Assembly: GCA_964016885.1 (NCBI GenBank)
Contig: OZ024743.1
Span: 33,728,001 to 33,792,000 of the forward strand
Reading direction: 5' to 3'
Origin: Eledone cirrhosa
Taxonomy: Eukaryota
DNA length: 64,000 nt
The translations under genes and the position numbers were made by a program. Below are positions 1 through 13,061 of the stretch, in pieces. The notes beneath the pieces are model-generated. The model did no database searches, was not told the origin of the DNA, and saw only the letters and a list, made by a program, of their open reading frames with translations. Each line of letters opens with the position of its first letter. Position 1 is the first letter of the stretch.

Positions 1-661
1 CTAGAAACAATTTTTTGACATGCAGTTTGTTTGTTTCAGCCAAACCATCAATAGGTTGAAATAATTAAAACAGCTTCTGATACCACTGATATTACAATAT
101 ATTAGAAGCTTCTCTGCTTCTCTGTTGATAATAAAAGAACTCTTTTGTCTCATGTAAAAGACACCATATCATGCTATATGATGATTAATTGCAAGTTAAA
201 TGTTAGCATGTGAGGAAGATTGAACATAAAGGATTTTCTTTGCAAGTTATTTTAAAAGTTTGATTGTCATATTTATTATATTTTCCCATGAACATTAAGG
301 AATAAATAAAGTGAAATGTTTACTGCTAGGACTCAGACTCGGCTTACTTAGTACAACTTCATGGTGGTTTACAAAACACTCATTCTTTGAGGTAAAATGT
401 TAGAAGTTTCTTGCTGTATTTCAGGTTCTATTCATTGCTAAGTCTGAGAAATTTGAGCTATGCACTCTTTTTACATTGTTATAATTACTAATCAGATTTA
501 AAGCATTTGTCTGTGCATTCATTGTTGTTGCTGTACCTAATCCTTTTGATACTCTATTTCTAATGAAAGACACTGCTTGCAATTTTCAAATAATTTTGAC
601 AATAACTAGGTATATAAAGGGATTTAGTAATATAACTAACTTTCATTATCTAGTTGATGAA

Positions 662-848
662 CGGCGGTGGATTGGCAGTATCGGTAGAGAGTCGAACGCC
701 ATGCTTTCCAGCATAGTTACGTCCCTTTACGGTCTGAGTTCAAATCCCGCCGAGGTTAACTTTGCCTTTCATCCTTACGGAGGTCGAGAAAATAAAGCAC
801 CAGTAATACACTGGGACAATTGCTGGCCTTGTGCCAAAAGTAGAAACA
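662..848 (+). mobile_element. tRNA-derived SINE family 1 (Meta-like central domain)
   Basis: A-box-like TGGCAGTATCGG, B-box GAGTTCAAATCCC, central TTGCCTTTCATCCTTACGG.GTCGA.AAAATAAAG.ACCAG and tail GCCAAAAGTAGAAACAATT. Confidence 0.85.
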
Positions 849-865
849 ATTATCTAGTTGATGAA

Positions 866-1045
866 GAGTGGTGGATTGGTAGTATCGGTAGAGCATCAGA
901 CACCATGCTTTGCAGCATAGAGTTATACCCCTTTATGTTCTGAGTTCAAATCCTGCCGAGGGTAACTTTGCCTTACGAGGTTGATAAAATAAAGTACCAG
1001 TAATGCACTGGGGTAATTGCTGGCCTTGTGCCAAAAGTAGAAACA
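866..1045 (+). mobile_element. tRNA-derived SINE family 1, tandem copy
   Basis: Same consensus as 662-848 with a small internal deletion. Confidence 0.85.
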
Positions 1046-4000
1046 ATTATTTACTTGATGTTTAGAACATAAATTAAAGGTTCTTAGGAAGAATTTTAAT
1101 AGAATGTTTTTAGATAAATACAAACACTTTGAAACAAACAGCTTTGTATCACAGAACCACAGTTTGGTATCAAAAGGGTTTAGGAAAATGAGGTTTATGT
1201 CCAGCAGAGAAAATATCATAGTATGCTTCAGTCTCTTACTATTACTCCTTCAATTTTACTTATACTATCTTTAAAGCAAATTTAGCTCCTTTTGATTTTT
1301 TTTTCATTTTACAACTATTTCAGAGTAGCAAGTCCATATTTTTGATCAATAAACAAATAACTAAAAGCAAATCTTTATGAAATGTTGCAATTTATCTAGT
1401 CTCCATCTCGAATTCCATTTAAAACAAAAATAGCATTAAGAAACAAAAATCATATTCTTTAAGAAGTTTGTATAACAGGAAAATACCACACTGCTAAAGC
1501 TGTTAAATAGTGATTTCTATCTACTAGATAACAATCATTGGGGTTTATGAAATACTGTTGCCACCTTAAAATTTGTTTGAGACTACACAGTTGATAGTCC
1601 TACTTATGGAATATATGTTTCCTTGTGTTAGTGATTTCATATTGTGAGCGATAAAAGCTAAAGATTGATAAAAAGTATAATGTTCTAAACACAACTAAAC
1701 ACAAAAGACAGTGAAGAAAATATAATATATAGTCTACTGCTAGATGATTACTCTGAATCTAAATAACTTTATAGAAAGAAAATACAATTAAAATTGATTT
1801 CTAGTGTATTTTGCTTTAATTTTTTATGTATAATCACATAGTGCCTCAGATCATAGAAGCCAACATCCATCATTCCTTTTTAGCTGAACTACAAAACCAT
1901 TATTTAACTGTATTTACCTTATAATTTGAAACTTTCTCTTACACCTTCATTCCTTAGAGCTTGAGATACATTGCTTAGTAGTGATTTACTGTTTCTGTAT
2001 GTACACTTATATACTATTGTCTTTAAATACTTACAAATATTTTCAAAGGTTTTTCTTTTAAATTTCTATTTGATATGTCATTATTACAATCAATCTATAA
2101 TTGATATTTATTCTCACCATTTATTTTGTCCTATTATATGATTATACATTGAAGATATTTTTAAACTATATCAAGTGTTTTACAGTAAATTTCCTATTTT
2201 ACACAATAATAGAGGCAAACTAATTTTGTCTTCTAAAATATTCTAATTACTTTAAAACATACTAGTTATCTCACTCATTACAATAAAATATCAATGTTAA
2301 AGTTGCAGGTGCTGTAGTTCAATATATAAAACACTGGTTGTGCAAATCCATGCAGCCTTCCATTTTAAGTTTCGTATGAAAGCTGTCTAGACACAGGAAT
2401 AATGAAAACAATTTCTATGAAGGTTAACCTTATTTCTTATGAAAAGCTCTACCTATAATTTTCATATTCTGAAAATAATCTGGAATTTGGAGAGATTTAG
2501 TTATATAATTAACTTTCTCAATATATGTTTGGAGTTTAACTTAACAAAGGTTCTTATATAAAACTATGATGAAAGTTTTTATTTTGATAAATATTAACAC
2601 TTTGAAACAGTTTTGTATCATAGAAGCAAGCGAAGTTTAAGATGATTTGATATCAAAAGGATTAGAGATATTTGACTTGGCATCTCGGTCTAAATCCCTA
2701 TCAGAAAGTTTGTAGTCTTGTAATGATTATGCAAATCATTGAAATAGAAATAATATTTTCTTATAACATATATAATTTAGTTAATACAAATTGTGTGTCA
2801 ATTAAATAAAACTACAGCTGATTAAACAATATGAAAATCAACATTCAGAAATGCATAAATTACACCTATTCATATAAGAATATAGAAGTGATTATAACAG
2901 TCATATTCATGTATGCTGTTTCTTGATTACTTACACAAACATTCAGAATTCTCTACTTCAGTGGTCTCTCACACAGATTCTTCCAGTTATTAAGTATAAG
3001 GAATCTTGCCTGTCAAATTAGAGGAGAGAAGAGCTAATTGTATATCTATCTGCTTCCATTTTTGTTCTTTTATTCATAATTTAACAATTGATATAATATA
3101 TCAGTTTGTTTCTGACAATACAGTGTCTATATTAACCTCTGTACTTCCTTCCTTTCCTAACTAGCTTTTCAATTCTCTTTCATTAGACCATATTCTCTAC
3201 CTACTTGGCAATCTAGCCATTTCACTTATACCTGCTAACTAAATATTGACATAGTTTCTTACTTGTTTCTATTCTAGGTATGTGTGAGATAGAAAAAAAA
3301 GAGAAACTTTGTTCTAATTTAAGTAAAACTATCTACCATAGCTACCTTCCATCTCACTTATTGATTGTTACTGCTTTACTTCTATCCAAAACACTGTTTT
3401 TCAATTTCTCAGTCTGTTAATCTACATCTTATTCTCTGTCTCAGTGTGTTCTGTGTTGTTCTTTGTTGTTACTGCATTTAGTTAATTATTATAATTCAAT
3501 CTGTTCTTAACTCTTTCATTATCATATTTCTAATGAAAGACACTATCTGCGATTTTCAAATAATTCTAAAAATAATCAGGAATTTTCAGGGATTTAGTAA
3601 TATGACTTTGCTGTTTTTAAGCTGGTGTTTGGATTATGAATTATTATAAAGGGTCTTTAGGAAAAAAACATAGTAATTTAACTAACTTTATTATTATTAA
3701 ACTGGTGTTTAGAATATCATGTAACAAAAGTTCTTGCATTCATTATGATGAAATAACTAATAGCTCGGGGCTTCAATATGAAATTCAATTGATATGGTGC
3801 TTCTTTAGGTTAATAAACAACATTAAATATTGTTTAATAATTCACAGTAATTATCTTGGCTGAACTATTTATTGATAGAAATTGTTCTGTAATATTGTCA
3901 TCAACAAAAATGAAACATGACATTGATGAGAAAATGTTTGGATCAACTATTTAATAGGAGGGGGAGGGGGGGGGATATGTTCGTCATGTCTATGGTGCAA

Positions 4001-4450
4001 TATTTATATGGTGTTATTTTTATCTTTTATCTTCCTGTTTCCGTCTTCACATTAATTTCAATTAGTATGATGCTCGATATGTTATCAAACAGCTTGCATA
4101 AATGTTCAGATGAAAAAAATAAAAGAAAACCACACTAAACGGAATATATCAGAAGTCATTAACAGATATTAGATTGCAGAAAATAACACCCAGAAAATAC
4201 AACAATAGATAATGGTAAAGTGATTATATAGATTATATAGATATAATATTGTGCATAAAAACTGTATCTATATATTTTCTTGGGTTTGCCTATAAAAAAA
4301 AGGTTGGATTAAATTTGCAATTAAGCTTTGACAGATATGTAAATATTCTATTAAATAATAGAGATATAATTGATCTATTCAGGTTACAGTACAGCCTGTA
4401 AAGTGTTAGTACTAGTGCCATAATAAAATGTACCCAGTACACTCTGTAAA

Positions 4451-4630
4451 GCAGTATTGGTAGAGGGTCTGACGCCATGCTTTGCAGCAAAGAGTTACGG
4501 CCCTTTATGGTCTGAGTTCAAATCCCGCTGAGGTTAACTTTGCCTTTCATACTTATGGGGTTGATAAAATAAAGCACCAGTAATACACTGGGATAATTGC
4601 TGGCCTTGTGCCAAAAGTAGAAACAATTAT
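4451..4630 (+). mobile_element. tRNA-derived SINE family 1
   Basis: Matches the family consensus from GCAGTATTGGTAGAGGG to AGTAGAAACAATTATT. Confidence 0.85.
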
Positions 4631-7600
4631 TGTTGATGCTACAATAAAATGCATCCAGCTCACTTTGTTGTCATACTCAGTGTTTAACTCTTTATTTGAC
4701 ATAGCTCTGTCTGATTTTCAAATAATTTTGAAAATAATCAAATATCTTAAGGGATTTAGTAATATAACTTTGTCATTAAGATGGTGTTTGAAGCAAATTA
4801 TTAAGGAGGATTTTTATAAAAGCTTAAGCACCTTAAAGTAAGCAGTTTAGTAACATAGGACCAGGGCTGTTTCAGGTGTCTGCATGCACGTGTATGAGTA
4901 AGCACATTATAAACTATATATTCTCTGTTTCTTGTCAGTTGCCATATGTACATATACATGGCCTGGAATTTACCATGCCAACTTTTATTTAGTGCAGGGC
5001 TATGTAATGCACTTGTTCACTTTCTACAGACATGTAGTACAAATTGCAACACTATTTGAAATAAGTTAATGAATACATATACGGCATTTAGGAACTATAC
5101 CATTTGAAATCTTACATTTTTCAAAAAAGAAAAAAATATATATAACTGAAAAAAATGTTTTTGATCAATATAGTTTATTTAGGGAGAGTCATGTTCTAAT
5201 ATTGCTGGGAAAATATAGTAAAACACGCTCACTGTTTGGTTTGGTTTATTTACTTATCTCAAAACTTTAAGCATATAGTAATTTATTTACTTATCTTAAA
5301 GCTTTAGGCATATAATAAAATGGATAAGCCTTACAAACAAAACGATGACCTGATATTGAATAGGATTTTAGTACTTTTCTTAATTGGAAACAATGTAATG
5401 ATGTGGAAGTGGGTAAAACTGCAGAATAGACAACAACTTGAGGTTTCAATCCCTTGAATAAATTAACAATTGCTGAACATTTGAAGAATTAAAAATATAT
5501 TGATTTAACCCTTTTGGTAGCTCATGTATAATGAAAGACACTGCCATTGATTTTCAAATAATTTTTAACATAATCAAGACTTTGAAGGGTTTTAGTAATA
5601 ATAACTTTCTGATTATTAAACTATTAATTAGAGTGTAATTTCACAAAGTTTCTTATACAAGGGAATCATTTTAGATTAATATAAATACTTTAGAATTAAC
5701 AACTTCATGTGTTGAACCAAGGTCAGTTTTAGGGTTAATAACCATGTTTCATAATAAGCATTTTGATTTTTTTTGTTTTGAATTTTAAACATTCACCTGG
5801 CTGGCAGTATTACTGATATATTATCTGCAGTATATGCTCAGTATGAACATTTCAGTATATTAGAGAAAATTTAATAGAAATAAATAGAACCATTGGTTTG
5901 GCAAGATTTGAACTTAGAACACAGAGAACCAAAGTAAATAGTATAAATCATTCTATTGAATGCTGTAATGATTCTGTCAAATTGCCACCAAAATATCATC
6001 ACCTTTTTCATGCTGTTATGGGTTAGGTGGTACATTTTGAGTCGGTGTTTTATGACTGGATGCTCTTCTTCATGCCAACCCTTTTAACTGCCTCTTAACA
6101 CATTTTAAAAACAGTGATACACACCAACACACATTTAGACACACACACACACACATATATATACATTTCGTTTATATATATAACAGATCAGAAATGGATA
6201 ACACTAAGATGATGAGCATTAAGGGACAAAGATCGATATATTTGAAAAAGCTGATTTATATTAAAAATATTTGGTGATAGATTAAAATGAAGAGATAGTG
6301 TTGGAAGAAAAAAGAGAGGTTATTTTACAAGCCAAGAAGCAGAAGTTATTGGAAATGGGAAGTATAAGTCAAGGAGAGCTATATGTAAAGATGTTATTAA
6401 CAAAAATGAAAACCATTGATTAATACTGATACATTGATTTCTAATATACTCATACAAACAAACTGATATTAAAGACATGTGCATGTATCTGCACCTGCGC
6501 AGCTTTCTACAAATACTAAGTTTTGAATAGAATAACAGTTTTTAGGTACTTTTACTTCCAGTTCTATAATTCTAAATTTGTTCACAGTTAAATAACGACA
6601 GTGTTGTATGGAATTTGTTTTTAAATTCTACAACTTCCATATCATCTCTATAAACTTAATGTGAAATTATTTTACTTTTAGAAAATGATATTTTGTTGTA
6701 GTGGTTTATAGTTTTATAGAATTTAATAGTTGTAGCATAGACAAATGGTGAAGAAGCTTGCTTTACAAATCATTAAGTCCTGGATTTAATTCCACTGAGT
6801 TGTATCTTGGATAAGTGTAATTTACCATAGCCTCAAGTTGACTTTCTGAGTGAAATTGGGTAGATGGAAACCATTTGGAAGCCTGTCAACTAGACTACAC
6901 TTGTAATTCAAGGGGCCAGCCTTGTCAGATGAGATTTACACTAAGGGTACTCAAGTCTATGGAATACTCAGTCACTTCCAAGTTGATTCCACAAAGAGCC
7001 CATTCCAGTGATTAAACTACTGGGAGAACCATTGTTAAAATCAATGGCAGTCCCTTCCATCCAATTCCATTGTGTTGAATTCAAAACTTGCTGATATCAG
7101 TGACATTTTATGTATTTTACATTTCATTTCTTTCTCACTGAATAATAGAAATAATTCATATATTTATAATTACATAGTATTTCATGTATAATAACTGACA
7201 AATAAAATAAAATAAAGTGAGCTAAGGAAAATAATTCTAAGTTTAGATAAATTAGTGGGTGTTGTATAGACTGTCTCCAACTAAAAGGAAGATTTCCATT
7301 AATTCAGAGTTGTATTTTTACATAGTAAATAATAGTTACCTTATTATTTTCTAGGTACTGCAGCTTTCTAAAGAATGTAAGGAGAATATATCTCATTGTT
7401 AAAAATCTGAGATAGTGATGGCTTGTTATATTTCAACAATTGAAGAATTCTTAAAATTGAGAAGACAAATTGAATTTGAATGTTTCGAGGTTCTTTTTTT
7501 TTTTTGAGGAGGGGGCGGGTTGTTAAAAATTATTAAATTATGGTTGTGTGTAGGTGATTTACATGAAAACAGCCAGCACACCCTGAAAAGTGATTGGTGA

Positions 7601-7748
7601 TAGGAAGAGCATCCAGTCATAAAAAGAACCTCTCCAAAAAACTGTGTTTTGAGGGAACATGTATGCAAGATGCAGGCCTTCCACCCATCTGAGCACTTTT
7701 AGCAGAGTTCAAGAACATATGTAAACAGGATGCAGTAGCTCTGCTTAA

Positions 7749-7970
7749 CCCTTTAGCATTTACATTACTCTTATATATAGTATTGTATTTTTGTGGTAAA
7801 GGCTTTACCTCATATAATTATCTCACATAATATTGAATCTACGAGATTTTTATGTTATTTATTTTTGGAACAATACCTTAACATCAATATGAGTGGCCAG
7901 TTATGGCCGGTTTGAACAGAAAGAGGTAAGAGAATTCTGCCCAGATGTGGCTGGTTTAAATGCTAAAGGA
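7749..7970 (+). mobile_element. piggyBac-type MITE family A
   Basis: TTAA|CCCTTTAGCATTTA...TAAATGCTAAAGGA|TTAA, i.e. 14-bp TIRs and a TTAA duplication. Confidence 0.85.
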
Positions 7971-8475
7971 TTAAGTATCAGAAAAAATTATTATTACGTA
8001 ACACTTTCAGCTTGAATTCTGATATAGATATATATATACTTTAAATTTAAAGTTATTTGTGGCTGTTTTACTTGCGGTCATAAAGGAATTTAAGTCATTC
8101 CTCTGTATTACTTTGAACATTCATCGCAAGAATTATGCATAAAGAGAAAGAGATATTAGATGATTTTTGTGGTTCTCCTATGTTACCTCTGTATTTGCTA
8201 CAGTATTGTGTCAATCTACCAGACCAATTAACACAAATATAATTATCTAGTTCTTTTGAGTGAGCACTAATACTTCCTCAAGATAGAGATTTAGATAGCA
8301 GCTTCTGCTGTAAAACCAGTCTCTAATATAGAGATAATTAGGAGCATGGCAGGAATGAGTCTTCCAGTAACATTCTATGTCAGAAAGGTAGAAATTTAAT
8401 TTATGACATGGACATCAACTTTATCTACCGTTTTGTGATGCCTTTTCAGATACGGGTGGGGGTAGGGGGTGGGGG

Positions 8476-8790
8476 CTTCTTCTTTGCTTTCTTCTTCTTC
8501 TTTGCCTTCTTCTTCTTTGCTTTCTTCTTCTTCTTTGCTTTCTTCTTCTTCTTTGCTTTCTTCTTCTTCTTTGCCTTCTTCTTCTTTACTGTCTTTCTTC
8601 TTTGCCTTCTTTCTTTCTTCTTTGCCTTCTTTGCCTTCTTCTTTCTTTTTCTTTGCCTTTTTTTTCTATTCTTCTTCTTCTTCTTCTTCTTTGCTTTCTT
8701 CTTCTTTGCCTTCTTCTTTCTTCTTCTTTGCCTTCTTTTTTTTCTATTCTTCTTCTTTTTTGCCTCCTTCTTCTTCTTTGCCTTCTTTTC
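8476..8790. repeat. (CTT)n-derived compound minisatellite, unit about TTTGCYTTCTTCTTCTTC
   Basis: Near-pure pyrimidine + strand. Generates four low-complexity ORFs in the track. Confidence 0.9.
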
Positions 8791-10449
8791 AATATATTGC
8801 TCCCTCTACTTAGATTCACTGAAATCAGTTACAATAATAAGTTTAGAAATTGCATCAATCATTGAATTTGTTCCTTCCTAATACCTTACTACCAGCTAAA
8901 CAATATCTCTTTTGGTATTGATCTTGAGTTTCTCATTTTACACAACTCACAAGCTAGATTTTGGAGACTTATCTTTCATTACTTTAGCACCAGCATATGA
9001 TGCTTTGTCGAAAAATCTCTAATTTTCATATTTTTCTCGCAAAAACTAAAACAAAAAATATGAATAATCAATATCCATTTTTAACATTATCTATTATTAT
9101 ATCAAATCCACCACAATCTTTTGAGTGAGATGTTATTCTTTTAGCACATTATATATTTTCTTATATTGCAGTACAAGTTTTAGAAGTGCTTCTTGCCTCA
9201 CCTAAATACTAGAAAGACAACAAAACATTATGTGCCTCCTTATATACTTATCCTACCAATAGTAAATTGTATACAGTTTCACTCAGAACATAGACATGAT
9301 TATATTTTGCCAAACCATAAATCTACCTTAGATAATAATCATCACAATTGTTTATATTCATCATGTATTTTTACTATCTACGATTATATATTTACCCTGG
9401 TCGTGGCTTAGTTTTTCATAATAATATTTGCCTTGACCGTTTATTTTATTCTCCATCTTTATATATCTTCACCAAATCCTTCAGCTTCTATATTTGCTAT
9501 TATTTTTATATCACCACCATTACAAAATATTCTTTTATTTATTTGTGTACATCTCATATGTTTCAAAATGCTTTATCTCCTACTATTTTCTGTGCTAAAT
9601 ATTTCTATTTTAATTCATTTTGATTGTTTCCTGTGCATGAAAAAAATATTCCCTGAATAATTTAACAATAAAATATTTTAAAATCTTTTGCAGTGAATTC
9701 AATGTGTCACAAATGCTGTCAGTGTGTGATTACTCTGCAATTTCTGGTCATCATTAGATACTTATCAAATAAATCTCAACTGACTCATTGTTCCATTCTC
9801 ACCGTGTGAAATCAGATTCATTCCATTACCTTGATTGTGTCAACAAAAGAAATATTCTCACTTCATTCTCTACTACTGCACCTACAACCTCGACAATATT
9901 TAACCAAGACATCATCATTAATAATTATTCATAAATTCTATTCTAATTCTGACCAATTAACCTCATTACAAACCTTTGATTCCTGACCTGTTCATGTGAT
10001 AGTTCCATTACTTTATGAGTTTCGTTTTCTATAGTTTCTAAAGGGTGTTTAATAAAACTCCTTAATTTATTAAGTAATGTAATAATTTTCAGAATTCTTC
10101 TGACATGTCTTGCACTAAAATTTTATATGGTAATAGAATTCATTGACTGCTTTTTGTTTCTCATTCATGACCTACCCTCTCCATTTATTTAGCATTCTTT
10201 AATCATTAAGTTTACATAATTACAAGTGATCAACTAATGGTAGCATTATCCTTAATATTATTTTATCGTCATCTATATTATTTTAATCATGATTATCATT
10301 ATTATTATTAGTTATAATATTGTAAGTTTTATGGCCATTAATATCAATGACTTTAATTATATATTGCTCTGATCAATTGACAAGATCCTATACCCCATTC
10401 ACCTCATCAAATCAATTACTGCTGATACTATCTACCAGTTACAACTCCT

Positions 10450-10570
10450 GGCAGAAGAAGCAACGTGAAATAAAGTGTCTTGCTCAAGGACACAACACAT
10501 CACTCAGTCCGAAAATTGAACTCACAACCTCATGATTGTGAATTCAACTCTCTAACCATTAAGCCATATG
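10450..10570 (-). mobile_element. SINE family 2, 5' half (diverged)
   Basis: Reverse complement of the TGGCTTA.TGGTTAGAG...GAGTTCAATT...CCTTGAGCAAGACACTTTATTTCAC head seen at 19191 and 60240. Confidence 0.7.
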
Positions 10571-10930
10571 CTTTCAATAAAAACATATATATATATATAT
10601 TTATATATCATAATTTTTCATTCACATAGCAATAATTACCTTAATCATCATATACATCATTTTCGTTTTATTACTGGCAAGTGTCAAAAAGTAAAGTTGA
10701 ATCCACAGAGTATAGAACCTCTTCACCTTACGACACAAATGCCTTTGGAAAAGTATAAATGTTGCAACTTTCCATTCCCCTAAATATCTCAGATTTTATC
10801 TTCATAAAAATATCCATTATTATATTATTATATCATCATTAATTTGTTAATTTAGTTTTCAGCTTCCTTTGAACTGCAAATGATATCAGTTTATGTTTGA
10901 TGTTAGTATTGTGATATATTTAACACCTGA

Positions 10931-11000
10931 GGGGTCGATAAAATAAAGTACCAGTAATGCACTGGGTAATTGCTGGCCTTGTGCCTAAAGTAGAAACAAA
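10931..11000 (+). mobile_element. 5'-truncated SINE family 1 with 18-bp target-site duplication
   Basis: GATATATTTAACACCTGA at 10913-10930 and 11001-11018 flanks the SINE 3' end. Confidence 0.85.
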
Positions 11001-12624
11001 GATATATTTAACACCTGAAATATTGATGAATTTAGTGAATTTAAGGATCGGAGAATTTATCTAGAGAGTGACCAAGATGACAAGCTTTTTTTTATGATGT
11101 AATTTAAATTGTTTGCAAAAAGGACTGCTTATGTTGGCTGATATATATTTATTTTGAAGCCATTGTGTTTGGAAAAAGTTATTTGTGTGATGCCAACGAT
11201 TTCTTTACAAATAGCATTATTTACATAAGCATTGAGTAACTGTATAATGCTTCTCGGCTTAAAAGAAAAGCTTTTTATTTGGCTGTTTAGCTTTATAAGG
11301 GTCAACTCTAAAAATTAGAAATGTAGAGAGATTTCAGACCAACCTAAGTTAATATTTTAGTTTTAACTAAAAGAATGAAATTTACCTTGCAATCAAACTG
11401 AAGCAGATATGGAACCACATTTTCTTCAGTTTGCTTATGGAAAGTTGTAGTTTAGATAATTTTAAAAATAAAAGAAAATATTATTTTCAAATTAGTAATG
11501 TGATTATTTATCAATTCTGCTTTCTATTAACTTGAAATGTTTGGATGAAATTCTTTGCTTTTCGTTTATTTCTGTGGAGAAGAAGAAAAAAAACTGTTAA
11601 CATATAAATCTGTTCTGCTTTCTTTGAAATTCCTTTAGAAAGAAGACTTGTTATTGTTGTTGTTGTTGTTATTAAGCAAAGCATGTTAAATAAGCAATTT
11701 ATTCATATTTATTTTCTCTTTTGCATTTTACTTCCAATGTTTTTTTGTTTTTTTTTTTGTTTTCTTTTTTTATTGTTCTTCCTGCTGCTGTTGCAATACT
11801 GTTGCTATGACAATGACTTCTGCTTACATACAACTAATCCAGCCTGCTGCTGCTGCTGCTAGCAGAGTTGAACCTTCAACCTTTAGAAATCTAAAAATCA
11901 CTCAAGGCTGCCATTCCAAATCTTCTGTCTCCCCTGCTTGCATCCTATGTTCATATCCCATTTAATCAAAATCCTCTAACAAAATAGACAAGAATATTTA
12001 CTTTAATCTATCAATAATATATTTCTATAAAGCAGTGAATTTCTAAACAAATAAATCAAATAAACAAACATTTTTTTAATTTTTTGTAATTGAAAATGGA
12101 ATTACAAACTAATTATTGAAAGAATCTTGAAAATTATTTCAAACCAAGATAATTATTTCAGAGAAATATTTAATATAAGAGTTGATAACAAGAGACATAT
12201 ATATTTGGGTGAAAAGTGTGTGCATTTTGATTAGAATAGAAATTGTTCATTATAAAGTATTTGTACTGCAAAATTGTGTTTTAAGACTTTGAAAGTGTTA
12301 TTGAACACATTACTAATCAATTTGATGACCTAGTTATTTAACAGCACTCTTTTCCATAGAAACTAATAATAAAATAAGAGGTACTTTATTTATTCATGTA
12401 TAAAAAATGCAATTTTTTCCAGATTTTTAAATCTAAAAATTAGGGGTACACATTCTCAGACAAAACTAAATGGTACTGATTTGTTTGGTCATATTGAAGT
12501 GTGTGGTTATATTGAGAATGGCATGATTCAGAGTTAGTTATAGCTATTGTCCATGTGAACAGATGTAAAGAAAATAGTTTAATTCACTTTAACAATATTA
12601 CATATTTCTATGCTAATATATTAA

Positions 12625-13061
12625 CTCTTCTGTTACCATATATTTAAAAGAAGAAACTGCTTATTATCAAGAATTTGGCGGGATTATGTAATATAACTTT
12701 CTCATTATTAAGCTAGTGCTTAAAACATAGTTTAACAAAGGTTATTACTTAAAATTATGATGGAAATTCCTTTGACAAATATAAATACTTTAACCCTTTA
12801 GCATTTACATTACTCTATATATACTATTGTATTTTCGCAGTAAAGGCTTTATCTCACATAATATCGAATCTATGAGATTTTGATATTATTTATTTTGAGA
12901 ACAATACCTTAACATCACTATTAGTAGCAAATTACAGCCAGTTTGAATAGAAAGAGGTGAGGGAATTCTGGCTGTATTCAACCTGTTTAAATGCTAAAGG
13001 GTTAAATCAGTTGTGTACTATAGAAGCAAGGGTGATTTCAGACAATTTGATATCAAGAGGG
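12625..13061 (+). mobile_element. piggyBac-type MITE family B containing a nested family A MITE
   Basis: TTAA|CTCTTCTG...TATCAAGAGGG|TTAA outer ends, with family B internal sequence on both sides of the nested element. Confidence 0.7.
12794..13001 (+). mobile_element. piggyBac-type MITE family A
   Basis: TTAA|CCCTTTAGCATTTA...TAAATGCTAAAGGG|TTAA. Confidence 0.9.

Larger units (their letters stand above)
541..1178 (+). mobile_element. piggyBac-type MITE family B, interrupted by two SINEs
   Basis: Ends (T)CCTTTTGATAC...GTATCAAAAGGG. Internal sequence is shared with 17108-17346 and other copies. Confidence 0.7.

Noticed and set aside
662-760. tRNA-like A/B boxes
   Set aside because: These are SINE heads with no complete cloverleaf, so no tRNA gene was called.
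8408-8881. Phe-rich, Ser/Leu-rich and Arg/Lys-rich ORFs (protamine- or H1-like appearance)
   Set aside because: All are translations of one (CTT)n-derived array. The frame shifts between units and there is no splice or start context.
8790-10150. Possible decayed transposon coding sequence on the minus strand
   Set aside because: No recognisable motif or sustained reading frame, so it cannot be assigned by eye.
11807-11965. Short ORF MTMTSAYIQLIQPAAAAASRVEP... around a (CTG)n run, considered as an upstream sif exon
   Set aside because: No similarity to the expected first half of the PH domain and no convincing donor. The upstream PH exon appears to lie outside the window.
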